This document shows positions 38,017 through 47,905 of a DNA stretch of 64,000 bases, piece after piece. The position numbers and the translations under genes are program-made. How positions within the stretch are numbered: the stretch's first letter is position 1; each line of letters opens with the position of its first letter. This DNA comes from Planctomycetota bacterium. GTDB lineage: Bacteria > Planctomycetota > SZUA-567 > H5-PLA8. Location: NCBI GenBank assembly GCA_037129555.1, contig JBAXUS010000004.1, forward strand, positions 19,726 through 83,725, in the 5' to 3' direction. Below the pieces are notes generated by a model that worked only from the letters and a program-made list of their open reading frames with translations, did no database searches and was not told the DNA's origin.

Positions 38017-39459
38017 ATGCGCAGACCCCATATTGAAATTCCCCGAACGCGGCGCGACTTTTTAGCCAAATCGGGTGCCGGATTCGGCGCGATTGCAGCG
38101 AGTTATTTGCTCGGAGCGAGCGACATCAAGATGGCGCGCGCGGACGAGGCCCCACGCTCGGGAAATCCGATTGCTGCGAAGAAGCCGCATTACGCCGCCA
38201 AAGCCAAGAGTGTCATCTTCCTATTCATGGAAGGCGGCCCGAGCGCAATGGACACGTTTGATCCGAAGCCGACGTTGAACAAACTTGCGGGGACACCGCT
38301 ACCGCCGAGTTTCAAACGACCGCTCACGGCGATGGGTGAATCCGGATCGGCGCTGCTGGCGTCCAAGCGCGAATGGAAGCAGCATGGAAAAAGCGGGCTG
38401 TGGGTTTCAGACTGGCTGCCGCATATCGCTGGATGTGTGGACGATATTGCGGTGATTCGCTCGTGCCAGGGCGATGGGATTAATCATTCCGGCGGCGTGT
38501 GTCAGATGAACACGGGATCGATTCTCGCGGGCCGGCCGTCGATGGGCAGTTGGGTCACTTATGGTCTGGGAACTGAAAACCAGAATATGCCGGCGTTCGT
38601 TGTGTTGCAGGACAATAATGGGACGGTCGTAAATGGTCCGCGCAATTGGGCGGCGGGGTTCATGCCGTCGGTGTATCAGGGCACGCGGTTGCATCCGGAC
38701 GGTGAGCCGATTCCGAATTTGATGACGCCTTCTAATATTGGTGCTGACCGCCAGCGCGCCAAGCTTGATTTGCTCGCGCAACTAAATGCCGGGATGACTG
38801 CCGCGCATGCCGATCAGACGGAATTGGATGCGCGAATCAAGAGCTACGAACTGGCGTTCCGCATGCAGGCCGAGGCTCCGGGGGCGGTGGATATTGCGAG
38901 CGAGTCGGCGGCGACGCGCGAGTTGTACGGTATGGACGACAAGAAGACTGAGGTGTTCGGACGCAATTGTTTGCTGGCGCGGCGCATGGTTGAACGCGGT
39001 GTGCGATTTGTTCAATTGTACAGCGGGTCGGGGAGCAAGTGGGACGCGCATGCGAACATCGAGCGGAACCACACGGACAACTGCGTGTCGATGGACAAGC
39101 CTGTGGCGGGGTTGTTGAAAGATTTGAAAGCGCGCGGGTTGCTCGACAGCACGCTGGTTGTTTGGGGCGGCGAATTCGGACGGACGCCGATGTCGGAGAA
39201 GGGCAACGGACGCGACCACAATCCGTGGGGCTTTACGATGTGGATGGCGGGCGGCGGAGTGAAGGGCGGGCAGGCGATTGGCGCGACGGATGAACTCGGT
39301 TTGTACGCCGTCGAAGACAAGTTGCACGTACACGATATTCACGCGACTATTTTGCATCTTCTGGGTCTGGATCACACGAAGTTGACCTACTTCCATAAAG
39401 GCCGACCGGAACGTGCGACGATTAATGAAGGCGAGATATTGAAGAAAATCGCGGTCTAG
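38017..39459 (+). CDS. DUF1501 domain protein (sulfatase-like fold), Tat-signal
   Basis: Twin-arginine signal RRDFLAKSGAGFGAIAA. The DUF1501 pattern is typical of Planctomycetota (..GGGVKGGQAIGATD...). The track start 38002 is a TTG. An ATG at 38017 has GGAG 9 nt upstream. Confidence 0.85.
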   Translation: MRRPHIEIPRTRRDFLAKSGAGFGAIAASYLLGASDIKMARADEAPRSGNPIAAKKPHYAAKAKSVIFLFMEGGPSAMDTFDPKPTLNKLAGTPLPPSFKRPLTAMGESGSALLASKREWKQHGKSGLWVSDWLPHIAGCVDDIAVIRSCQGDGINHSGGVCQMNTGSILAGRPSMGSWVTYGLGTENQNMPAFVVLQDNNGTVVNGPRNWAAGFMPSVYQGTRLHPDGEPIPNLMTPSNIGADRQRAKLDLLAQLNAGMTAAHADQTELDARIKSYELAFRMQAEAPGAVDIASESAATRELYGMDDKKTEVFGRNCLLARRMVERGVRFVQLYSGSGSKWDAHANIERNHTDNCVSMDKPVAGLLKDLKARGLLDSTLVVWGGEFGRTPMSEKGNGRDHNPWGFTMWMAGGGVKGGQAIGATDELGLYAVEDKLHVHDIHATILHLLGLDHTKLTYFHKGRPERATINEGEILKKIAV

Positions 39460-39477
39460 TCCGTCATAGTTTTCATA

Positions 39478-39512
39478 CGCGCGGACGCGGGGTTTGCGCG
39501 GGCATTTTTGAT
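39478..39512 (+). terminator. Possible weak terminator after the DUF1501 gene
   Basis: A short GC stem (CGCGC...GCGCG) followed by CATTTTT. Only 5-6 bp of pairing. Confidence 0.3.
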
Positions 39513-39533
39513 TGAAGGAATGGGAGGAAAGAC

Positions 39534-40133
39534 GTGAAACATTCAGTTTTGGCCGTGTTGGCGTTGGGTTTGTTCTGTATGTGTACGGTTCCGTGTGTGA
39601 GCGCGGGTGAACCGGTGATCAAGGATGGTGCCAATCCGATTGTGTTGATGAAGACCACTGCGGGCGACATTGAAATTGAATTGTTTGAAGATGCCGCGCC
39701 GAACACGGTTGGCAATTTCGTTCAATTGATTGAAAAGAAATTCTACGACGGGTTGACATTCCACCGCATCATCAAAGATTTCATGATCCAAGGCGGCTGT
39801 CCGAAGGGCACTGGCACTGGCGACGCGGGGTACAAATTCGCGGACGAATTCGCGAACAATCCGAACAAGAATTTGCAGTACGCGATTTCGATGGCGAACG
39901 CGGGGCCGAACACGAACGGTTCACAGTTCTTCATCATCACGAAAAAGGGCGGCACATCGTGGCTTGATGGACGCCACACCGTTTTCGGAAAAGTGACGAA
40001 GGGCACGGACGTCGTTGATACGCTGGGCGTCTCGCCGACCGGCCCAGGCGACCGACCGACTCCAGCCGTGAAGATTGTCACGGTCACCGTGGTGCAAAAG
40101 CAGAAGCACGAGTACGCGGTCAAGAAGGATTAG
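39534..40133 (+). CDS. Cyclophilin-type peptidyl-prolyl cis-trans isomerase (secreted)
   Basis: FHRIIKDFMIQGGCP, GSQFFI and HTVFGKV cyclophilin motifs. Signal peptide. GTG start with GGGAGG 6 nt upstream. Confidence 0.85.
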   Translation: MKHSVLAVLALGLFCMCTVPCVSAGEPVIKDGANPIVLMKTTAGDIEIELFEDAAPNTVGNFVQLIEKKFYDGLTFHRIIKDFMIQGGCPKGTGTGDAGYKFADEFANNPNKNLQYAISMANAGPNTNGSQFFIITKKGGTSWLDGRHTVFGKVTKGTDVVDTLGVSPTGPGDRPTPAVKIVTVTVVQKQKHEYAVKKD

Positions 40134-40240
40134 TTCACGTTGTAAATTCCTGTTTATGGTTTCGGGTTTTTGGTTTATAGTCTGACAGGTCAGACTATGA
40201 ATTCGAACACTCGAAACCAGAAGTTATTTGTGGCGATCAC

Positions 40241-40987
40241 ATGGTAAATGCAGACGAGCTCATTCCGCGGGCGGCGATAGACCGCTTCTTCAGTAAAAAG
40301 TTGACGGGCACACAGCTGCTCCGTAGTCTGGCCGTGTATCGCGGCTGGCAGGTCCCGGCACGTCTTGAAAACATGGTGCCGGTTTACACTGAATTTGATC
40401 TTGGCAACAACGTCACTCACTTCTTTTTGTTCTCGGACAAAGACGCGTATTTGGAATGTAAGAAAAATATCGGGGGCGATATTCTCGGCGATTATTTCGT
40501 CGGCAATGTATCGGGCTACAGTGCGTTTGACACCATCAAAGACACCGTCGATATCGTCAACATCAATCCGTACAGCCCGCAGGAAATTCATTACACGCGT
40601 GAGCAGTTGCACCGTTTGAAGACGTGGGCGGGGATTGTGAAGACGGAGATGGCGCTTGAGACGGTGCATTCATCGATGCGCGGATATGCCACGCTGCGGA
40701 ATTTCGACAAGTACTGGTTCATCATGGAAGACGAGCAATTTGTCGTGCTGGCTCCGGATGGGCGCGGTCGAAAACTGGCGGCGTTGTTCACGGCTGAAGA
40801 CGCGCTGGATTTGTTCATGGAACGCAATCCAAAACCGAACCGCCGGGCGATCCCGATTTCGGGCGAGGCGCTGTTTAAGGCGATCCGCAAAATGCCGCTG
40901 GAAGGCATGGTGTTCAATTGCTGCGGCCCGACGAAGCCGCGCTTTTTTCCGCTGGCGTTTGCTGCGGAAATTTCGGACAAGGGTTGA
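40241..40987 (+). CDS. Hypothetical protein (248 aa)
   Basis: Clean ATG start and normal composition. No confident domain assignment. Confidence 0.45.
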   Translation: MVNADELIPRAAIDRFFSKKLTGTQLLRSLAVYRGWQVPARLENMVPVYTEFDLGNNVTHFFLFSDKDAYLECKKNIGGDILGDYFVGNVSGYSAFDTIKDTVDIVNINPYSPQEIHYTREQLHRLKTWAGIVKTEMALETVHSSMRGYATLRNFDKYWFIMEDEQFVVLAPDGRGRKLAALFTAEDALDLFMERNPKPNRRAIPISGEALFKAIRKMPLEGMVFNCCGPTKPRFFPLAFAAEISDKG

Positions 40988-41005
40988 TTTTTTTAGTCTT
41001 GCACA

Positions 41006-41082
41006 AGAGCCGCGCGCGCAAGCAAGCGGCCATTACCGATAGAATGCAACGAACTTGGCCGCTTGCTTGCGCGCGCGGCTCT
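41006..41082. repeat. GC-rich palindromic element, copy 1 (27-bp perfect stem, 23-nt loop)
   Basis: AGAGCCGCGCGCGCAAGCAAGCGGCCA-ttaccgatagaatgcaacgaact-TGGCCGCTTGCTTGCGCGCGCGGCTCT, between convergent genes. The same stems recur at 44269..44345. Confidence 0.6.
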
Positions 41083-41107
41083 TCGCGATGTTTTAAAGCG
41101 CCGGAAA

Positions 41108-42907
41108 TTATTTAGGCGTGATGACAATGACACCGAGATCCGAACGCCAAACGGCTTTGGTTCGAGACGCGAGATCGTCAAGGAGTTGCTTGAACGGGTA
41201 GCGTCCTGGGGCGAGGAGTTCGGCGTCCTGGGGCAAGAGTTCGAAATGAGCTGCGGCGTCGGCAGAGTCTTCGAGCAGGATGTTCACCTTCCCCATTTTC
41301 CGTAATACCCCGATTACTTTTCCGGCAGTCAGTCCGCGACCATCCCAATCGACGGGTGTGTTAAGAGCGGAGTCGAGAGCGGTGAGCCAGGCTGCGGGTT
41401 CGGGTGGTTTGCTGGTTGAACGCCACGCGGCGATGAGGTCCAGCATGCGGCGCAATGTCGCTTCATTTCCGTAGGCAAGCAACCGTCCGCGCACGACTCG
41501 GACATGAGCTTCGGTGTTCAATGCCGGAAAAAGAGCGAGATGCGACTCGAGTGCGTCGAGCAGTTTCTTCCGCGCGGCAGCATCTGATTTCTCGGAGTAT
41601 TCGGCAGGCGCTGGATAGAGGAAAGCGACATCGGCTCCGCAGGTGGATTGTGGCGGAGATGAGTGTGGCGGGCGGATTTGAATTGCAATTGTTCGGTCCG
41701 GTGTGATCGTGTAGCTGAGTTTGTAGTCGAGGAGCGATTTGGCGCGGCGTTCGAACCAGCGAAGCGCGAGGCCCAGCGGCGCGCCTTGATTCAAATTGAG
41801 GTTCAAGGTCGCCAATTGCAAGTCAACCGTGCGCAACGCGTCTTTAGCAGAAAGGGTTGTGCCGTCCGCACTTTTCAACACCACGTCGAGATTCTTCTTA
41901 CGAAACTCACCGACTGCGTCCCACGGATTGTCGCTGGAAATCTGGACGTTGCATGGTTCGGCCAGTTTGCTCAAGACGGTTGCGTCGTCACTGCGGTTCG
42001 TGCGGGGCCAGATCGAATCGGGAGAGTGGCCAGGCAGAAGAGCAATCAGGCGAACGGCTTGGTGGATCGACGTTTCCGTCCCGGCGATGATGATCGCGCT
42101 GGGTGCGGTGTGGATCTCGGTGCCTGCTGCGAAAAAAGGGAGGAGCTCTTTTTCAACGCGCGCGGCCTCGTCGCGGCTGAGTTCAAGATGGCTCCAGTCG
42201 ACGGTGTAACGTTGAGCAGCAAGGCGCTTCGCGATTTCTTCAGACGTTATAAGAAGGCAGTCGCCGCGTGGGATGATGTGCGCGTGGGCCATTGTGGCGA
42301 GTGAATTTAAACTGGCTCCAACGGACATCAATGAATTGAACGCCGGGCCGGGCTGAGGTCCGAAAAGCTCTTCGTTCAAGCCGATCTCTGAGTTGACCGA
42401 TGCAGTATCAATTTCAATTTTGATGCCGAGTTTTTGACACACATCCAGCAACGTCTTAATGGGAAGAACCTCGCCCGCTGCGTTCTTCGTCCACACGACG
42501 GTATTGACTGCGGTCTTTTCAAGCGCGGCCAGCAGGGTTGGATCGGAGGGCAGATAGCCGTCATATTTCACTAGAATTTTTGCGCGAAGACCGCGCGACG
42601 TGGCGGCGATTTCAGGGTCGGGATCGTTGACGAATTCTGTTGCGACAGGCAGCACCGTCGGACCTTGACCGATGATTTTTGCCAGCGCTCGTTCGCGGAT
42701 GTCGTATGCGTCGCTGCCCAATTCCTTGAACCACGCACGGGCCATTTTGGTTTCATCGGCGGATAACTCTCGTGCCTTAAACTTCAACGCGGGATCGGAG
42801 TCTGGCGTGTTATCCTCGGCGCAGTGGGGCGCGAGTTGGACTGACAACGAGAGGATGAGCCAGCAACCGCGGCGCACAGCCTGTGAAAAACGTGAAGGGT
42901 TCGGCAT
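41108..42907 (-). CDS. Hypothetical secreted protein (599 aa)
   Basis: N-terminal signal-like CWLILSLSVQLAPHCA. No recognised domain. Confidence 0.5.
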   Translation of the reverse strand: MPNPSRFSQAVRRGCWLILSLSVQLAPHCAEDNTPDSDPALKFKARELSADETKMARAWFKELGSDAYDIRERALAKIIGQGPTVLPVATEFVNDPDPEIAATSRGLRAKILVKYDGYLPSDPTLLAALEKTAVNTVVWTKNAAGEVLPIKTLLDVCQKLGIKIEIDTASVNSEIGLNEELFGPQPGPAFNSLMSVGASLNSLATMAHAHIIPRGDCLLITSEEIAKRLAAQRYTVDWSHLELSRDEAARVEKELLPFFAAGTEIHTAPSAIIIAGTETSIHQAVRLIALLPGHSPDSIWPRTNRSDDATVLSKLAEPCNVQISSDNPWDAVGEFRKKNLDVVLKSADGTTLSAKDALRTVDLQLATLNLNLNQGAPLGLALRWFERRAKSLLDYKLSYTITPDRTIAIQIRPPHSSPPQSTCGADVAFLYPAPAEYSEKSDAAARKKLLDALESHLALFPALNTEAHVRVVRGRLLAYGNEATLRRMLDLIAAWRSTSKPPEPAAWLTALDSALNTPVDWDGRGLTAGKVIGVLRKMGKVNILLEDSADAAAHFELLPQDAELLAPGRYPFKQLLDDLASRTKAVWRSDLGVIVITPK

Positions 42908-43043
42908 GGCGTTTTAATCTCTGTTAACGATGTCCCGAGAAATATGAGGGGTTTGTTTTTTGCTTCTTCAATCTTCTTTTTCGCTGGTGTATTATAACAA
43001 CCCTCTTACCCAGAGTGGACACAAATATTTTTGAGGAATTGGA

Positions 43044-43913
43044 ATGACGATGAGTGAATCGTGTGCGGCGTGCGGATGTAAGATTACAAACAACCAGACA
43101 GCGGACGGTATCGCGGTGCGGCACGGCGCGAAATTATATTGCTCGGAATGCGCCAGTATGATTCTTCCGCCCGAGGAGTTGGCACGGCTCACGAATCCCA
43201 CTACAGCGAAAGCCAGCGCTCCGGCATCTGATTTGATGGCTGACGACGACATTCTTGCTGAGGAAGCGCCTCCGTCCCAACCCAAGCCTGTGGTGAAAAA
43301 AGCGGGAAGCACAGTGGCTCCGGCGCTAGCGAGATCGGCTGGATCGTCAGCGAAAACGCAATCGCCGTCGAGTTCGCGAGTGCAACGAGCAGTGAGTATC
43401 CCGGCGTCTCGCGATTCCAGCGAGTCGAAGCGGCGCGTCCCGACGCGCAGCGCTTCGGTTGTGCCGTCAGCGCCTTCGCCATCGCAATCGGCAGGTGCGA
43501 GCCGCCGCTACAACAAATTGCCGTCGTCGTCCCGGACCGACACTGCGGCGGGCAATGCGCGCGATGATTCAGGGCGCAACCGGAACAAGAAGAAAGACTC
43601 AACGGGCTTGTACATCGGATTGGGTGTCGGTGCGGTCGTGTTGATGGTCGGCGCTTATTTTGTGTTTGGATCGAGCAAACCGAAAGTCGTGGCGAAAGAG
43701 AAGCCGAAAGAATCGTTCGTCGATAACGACAAAACACCGTCATATGAATACGCGCAACGCGGCGACGATTTTCTGAAAAAGAAAGACACGCCCAGCGCTG
43801 TCAGGATGTATGGCAAAGCGGCTGAACGCGCGGAGAAAGAGGGCAATACGACGAAGGCGAAGGAGTACAACATGCGGTCGGTTAGCGCGGAGAAGGCTTC
43901 GACGCTGCACTAA
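43044..43913 (+). CDS. Hypothetical single-pass membrane protein with N-terminal C4 zinc ribbon and Ser-rich linker
   Basis: CAACGCK...CSECAS zinc ribbon, a Ser/Ala/Pro-rich disordered region, TM LYIGLGVGAVVLMVGAYFVFG, and a short TPR-like C-terminal region. The architecture resembles zinc-finger anti-sigma factors, but no sigma factor gene is adjacent. Confidence 0.5.
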   Translation: MTMSESCAACGCKITNNQTADGIAVRHGAKLYCSECASMILPPEELARLTNPTTAKASAPASDLMADDDILAEEAPPSQPKPVVKKAGSTVAPALARSAGSSAKTQSPSSSRVQRAVSIPASRDSSESKRRVPTRSASVVPSAPSPSQSAGASRRYNKLPSSSRTDTAAGNARDDSGRNRNKKKDSTGLYIGLGVGAVVLMVGAYFVFGSSKPKVVAKEKPKESFVDNDKTPSYEYAQRGDDFLKKKDTPSAVRMYGKAAERAEKEGNTTKAKEYNMRSVSAEKASTLH

Positions 43914-43925
43914 TTAACGTCGATT

Positions 43926-44147
43926 TTACTTCACGTTCTTCATGTGTTTATCTTTGAGAATCTTGATCTGCTCATCGTTTGGGCGCGAGTAGTATGGGCT
44001 ACCTTCGTCGGTTTCGGCGGGGTTGGAATAGGGCATGTTGCGGCTTAAAAGAAGGCCGCCGATCAGGCCCATTATAAGCATGACGATGACGACGATTTTG
44101 CCGTTGGTGCCGGATTCGTCCCCGGTTGATTTTGTTTCATCTGACAT
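43926..44147 (-). CDS. Small membrane protein (73 aa)
   Basis: ATG with GAGG upstream. One TM IVVIVMLIMGLIGGLLL. Plausible but unverifiable. Confidence 0.4.
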   Translation of the reverse strand: MSDETKSTGDESGTNGKIVVIVMLIMGLIGGLLLSRNMPYSNPAETDEGSPYYSRPNDEQIKILKDKHMKNVK

Positions 44148-44268
44148 GGTTTTGCCTCGGTGTTTTTTCTACTGCCTACTGCTACGAACCGACATCGAAT
44201 ATGAATCTTAATCCAGAGCGGGCGCATTCCAACATGAAAACGATGAGTACGTTTGCGTTCAGAGCAAA

Positions 44269-44345
44269 GAGCCGCGCGCGCAAGCAAGCGGCCATTACTG
44301 GTAGGGTGTCACAATCTTGGCCGCTTGCTTGCGCGCGCGGCTCTT
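44269..44345. repeat. GC-rich palindromic element, copy 2
   Basis: AGAGCCGCGCGCGCAAGCAAGCGGCCA-ttactggtagggtgtcacaatct-TGGCCGCTTGCTTGCGCGCGCGGCTCT. Stems are identical to copy 1 and the loop is ~65% identical. It lies in the divergent region upstream of purA. Confidence 0.6.
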
Positions 44346-44488
44346 GCTTTTCAAAATCCAAACAATGCACTTGACGGCGGAGGCCTTCAACTCAATAATC
44401 GTTCAACGGTCAGGCCGGGTAGTTCCCGCCCTGACCGTTTTTCTTTTTTGAGACCTCGTGACGAGCAAATTTTAAGCAGGGAGGCCAT

Positions 44489-45778
44489 GTGCCGGCAACA
44501 GTGATTGTGGGTGTGCAGTGGGGAGATGAAGGCAAGGCGAAGGTGCTGGACGCCCTCGCAGCGGAGACCGATATCGTCGTTCGTTATCAAGGTGGATCGA
44601 ACGCCGGCCACACCGTGGTCGTTGGCACGGAGCGCTATGCGTTTCATCTCGTGCCATCCGGCATTCTCCACGACAATAAAGTCTGCGTGATTGCGAATGG
44701 CTGCGTGGTTGAGCCTGAAGCACTGTTGCGCGAAATCGATGCGCTGGCCGCACGCGGCGTGAAGATTTCGGGCGAGAATCTGTTGCTTTCGGATCGCGCA
44801 CATCTCGTCATGCCCTACCACCGCATCGTCGATCAACTCGCTGAGAAGTTGAAGGAGAACAGCGGGCAGACGAAGATCGGGACGACCGGTCGCGGCATCG
44901 GCCCGTGTTACATCGACAAAGTTGCACGCTCGGGTCTGCGCGTCGTCGATTTGTTGCGGCCGAGTTATTTCATCGAACGCGTGAAAAGCCGCCTGGCTGA
45001 ATTGAATCCGCTGATCGTCAACGCGTACCAAGGCGACGCGCTGGACGCGAACAAGATTGCGGACGAAGTGCTGGCTTACGCGCCGCGCTTGAAGCCGTTC
45101 ATCGCCGACACGGCGTCGTACATCACCGATGCGCTGGCGCATGGCAAGCGACTCCTCTTAGAAGGCGCGCAAGGTTCGCTGCTCGACGTCGATCACGGCA
45201 CGTATCCGTACGTCACGAGTTCGAACGCGACGGCGGGTGGTGCGAGCACGGGGAGTGGGATTTCGCCGCGCAAAATCAATCTCGCGATTGGTGTCGTCAA
45301 AGCGTATACGACGCGCGTCGGATCGGGTCCGTTCCCGACTGAATTGACAGACGAAATCGGCAAAGGCCTTCAGACGCGCGGTGCGGAGTTTGGCACGACG
45401 ACCGGACGCACGCGGCGCTGCGGTTGGTTCGACGCGGTGGGTGTCAAATACGCGGTGGATGTGTCGGGGATCGACGCGCTGGCGCTGACGAAACTTGATG
45501 TGCTGACCGGCGAAAAAGAGATCAAGGTGTGTACGTCGTACACGATTGATGGCGTATCGACGACGCGCTTCCCGGCGGACCCGGAGAAGATCGCGAATGC
45601 GAAGCCGGTGTATGAATCGCATCCGGGTTGGGACGAGTCGATCGATGATGTGCGCTCGTTCGACAAGCTCCCGGCGAATGCGCAGAGCTATGTGAAGTGG
45701 CTCGAGAAGTTGTCGGGCGCGCCGATTCGGTATGTCGGTGTTGGCCGCGCGCGCGATGCGATGATTGAACGGAAGTAG
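44489..45778 (+). CDS. purA: Adenylosuccinate synthetase
   Basis: VIVGVQWGDEGKAKVLD, GGSNAGHTV and GTTGRGIGPCY motifs. 429 aa. GTG start with AGGGAGG upstream. Confidence 0.9.
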   Translation: MPATVIVGVQWGDEGKAKVLDALAAETDIVVRYQGGSNAGHTVVVGTERYAFHLVPSGILHDNKVCVIANGCVVEPEALLREIDALAARGVKISGENLLLSDRAHLVMPYHRIVDQLAEKLKENSGQTKIGTTGRGIGPCYIDKVARSGLRVVDLLRPSYFIERVKSRLAELNPLIVNAYQGDALDANKIADEVLAYAPRLKPFIADTASYITDALAHGKRLLLEGAQGSLLDVDHGTYPYVTSSNATAGGASTGSGISPRKINLAIGVVKAYTTRVGSGPFPTELTDEIGKGLQTRGAEFGTTTGRTRRCGWFDAVGVKYAVDVSGIDALALTKLDVLTGEKEIKVCTSYTIDGVSTTRFPADPEKIANAKPVYESHPGWDESIDDVRSFDKLPANAQSYVKWLEKLSGAPIRYVGVGRARDAMIERK

Positions 45779-45809
45779 AATTTCTCGTTTGTTTTTTTCT
45801 TTGATCAAA

Positions 45810-45842
45810 CAAAAGCGCCGGCATAGCTGCCGGCGCTTTTTT
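45810..45842. terminator. Bidirectional rho-independent terminator between purA and the porin-like gene
   Basis: AGCGCCGGCA-tagc-TGCCGGCGCT (10-bp stem) flanked by AAAA on the 5' side and TTTTTT on the 3' side. An adjacent 10-bp palindrome TTTGATCAAA sits at ~45800. Confidence 0.75.
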
Positions 45843-45871
45843 GTTGGCTGATTGAATCGAGCGCGTGAGCT

Positions 45872-47533
45872 TTAGAACATGACCTGGAAGCTCAAGACCA
45901 AATTGTCATTGCGGACTTCGCGAATCTGACGGTCACCGGTGCTGTGGCTGTGCTGTTCGCGGACGAAGTTGTAGTTGAGTTGCAGCTTCGCCTGGTGGCC
46001 TTTCAGGTAGTAGTTCAAACCGACGGTATCGACTGTGGTGCGGAAGACGTCGAGACTGCGGTTCGTGTCCGTGAGGCTCTGATAGAAGAGGTTCTCCATC
46101 TGTTCGTGGCGGTACGCGAGTTCCATCGGGTGGGCCCACTCAGGCAAGCAGTTCGCGATTGCGGACTGGCCGAATTTGTAACCGACCGAGCCGTAGTAAC
46201 CGTAGATGCTGAAAGGGCGCGGATCGTTCGTGTAGTTGAACAAACCCGTGACGACTTCACCCGGCGCGAACTGGTCGCGGTACTGACCCCATTCGCCGCG
46301 CACCCACAAACCTTTAAGGGCCTGGGCGGGCGCGTAGTAGAGCCACGCGTACTGATTGCTGTGAGCGACCTGCTTGCGGTTCAAACCATTGTTCGGACTG
46401 ACGACGGGATCGGAACCGGCTGACTGGCCACCTTTTCCGAACAAGCCGCTGTAGCCGAGTTCGAGGCTGCCCCAGCATTCATCGTTCCAAACCGGCCGGC
46501 CAATGATCGCAGCGAGGAAGTCCTTCTTGTCGTTGTCGTCGGGACGATTCGCGCGGCTCTGGAACGCAGTGCCGGCACCGTCGTAAATTCCGCCCCAATA
46601 TTGCAAGCGGTCGCAGAACCACGAGCCGTGGATTTGGATGCCGAGGTCGTAGTCGTCGGCGACCTGCGTGATCATGGCGCGTTCGGCGAAGTCGAGTTCA
46701 CCGCTGTCGCGGTAGCCTTCTTCACTCAAGCGGCGCTTCATCTGACCGACCTGAATGTCGTGGTTCGGAAGGAAGCAAATGTTGTGGTAATTGATGTACG
46801 CTTCTTGGAGCAATCGGCTGGAGTCGGAACCGCCGTTGCGGACGATTTCATTGTACGCATTGCCGATACCTGCTGTGCAGAGCGTCGCACCGCCCGAACC
46901 TGAACCGACGCAACCTTGGCCGAATTGGCCTTGACCGTTTGCGCCTGTGACGCTCATGTAGCCAGCGTTGTAGAAGGGCGCCTGATTGCTCGGAACGCTG
47001 GGAAAGCCCAACGCCATGGCGGCGGGATCGAGCTTGACGCGTGAACTGATGTTGTCGTTCAAGCAGTAGTCGAAAGCGATTTCGGCTCGCCGAACGCGGA
47101 ACGTATCGTTGCCGCGCGTCTGATTGGCTCCGAACGTTGTCGGGCTGGCACCGAGAACTTTGACGCCATCTTCCCAACCCTTGCTATCGTTTTGAATGTA
47201 TTGGTACCAGACTTGGACAAGTCCGTGAATGACCAACTTCCCATTGCGCGTGACGACCGGATTTCCGGTGTTGCAAGTGGCACAACCGGCACCGCTGTCG
47301 TAGTTATCCCACGAGCGATTGACTGAGGCATCGACGGTGTGCAGCACTTCCTGCGGCGGCGGAGCGGTTTGATTGCTCTTGACCGTCGCCAATTCGCCGC
47401 GCAGCGACCTGATTTCCTCGGCCATGCTGTTCAAAACAACACTCAAATCTTTTTGTTCGCTCGCGCGAATTGCGAAGGACAAAGCGGCTACTGCCACGAT
47501 TGCCAGCGCTTTCAACAGGTATGTCTTTTTCAT
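45872..47533 (-). CDS. Outer-membrane beta-barrel porin-like protein (OprO/OprP-like), paralog A
   Basis: Signal MKKTYLLKALAIVAVAALSFAIRA. A short coiled-coil follows, then beta-rich sequence with alternating hydrophobic residues, ending ...LSFQVMF (C-terminal Phe). It is a paralog of 53928..55526 (shared GLVQ[VI]WYQ.IQNDS, NDTFRVRR, DNIS..V..DP, RLQYW.G, RGEWG..RD). The track start is a GTG extension. The ATG at 47533 has GGAG 9 nt upstream. Confidence 0.6.
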   Translation of the reverse strand: MKKTYLLKALAIVAVAALSFAIRASEQKDLSVVLNSMAEEIRSLRGELATVKSNQTAPPPQEVLHTVDASVNRSWDNYDSGAGCATCNTGNPVVTRNGKLVIHGLVQVWYQYIQNDSKGWEDGVKVLGASPTTFGANQTRGNDTFRVRRAEIAFDYCLNDNISSRVKLDPAAMALGFPSVPSNQAPFYNAGYMSVTGANGQGQFGQGCVGSGSGGATLCTAGIGNAYNEIVRNGGSDSSRLLQEAYINYHNICFLPNHDIQVGQMKRRLSEEGYRDSGELDFAERAMITQVADDYDLGIQIHGSWFCDRLQYWGGIYDGAGTAFQSRANRPDDNDKKDFLAAIIGRPVWNDECWGSLELGYSGLFGKGGQSAGSDPVVSPNNGLNRKQVAHSNQYAWLYYAPAQALKGLWVRGEWGQYRDQFAPGEVVTGLFNYTNDPRPFSIYGYYGSVGYKFGQSAIANCLPEWAHPMELAYRHEQMENLFYQSLTDTNRSLDVFRTTVDTVGLNYYLKGHQAKLQLNYNFVREQHSHSTGDRQIREVRNDNLVLSFQVMF

Positions 47534-47905
47534 CTCTGGTCGCTCCAAAATTGGTCTTGTGGCGATCACCTGTCGCCCCCCACTTATTTACTGCAATTTC
47601 TCTTGACACGAAATTATCGGATGGACCGATATTCTGATTTATTATCGGACTGCCTTTGCGCGAACTTTAAGCGGTATGTGTAAAAAACGCGGGCGTCGGC
47701 TCGTGTTCGGACGTACTGGAATTGCACGTTTTCATAGGAGATTTAACCTCATTTTGGGCAGAACAGTCGGTCAAAAACGATTTATATATTTTGATTTGAG
47801 TCGTGCATGGCGAGGGTGTTCACATTATGATTCGTGACAGTGTTTGAAATGGACTCGATTCATTTTCGAATGAAATTTATTTTTTAATTCAGATGATGGA
47901 CAGGA

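Noticed and set aside
40990-44350. Possibility that the two identical-stem palindromic repeats are a CRISPR array or a pair of terminators
   Set aside because: There are only two copies, 3.2 kb apart with genes between them, so this is not a repeat-spacer array. Neither copy has a U-tract on either side, and copy 2 is in a divergent promoter region, which is inconsistent with a terminator role.
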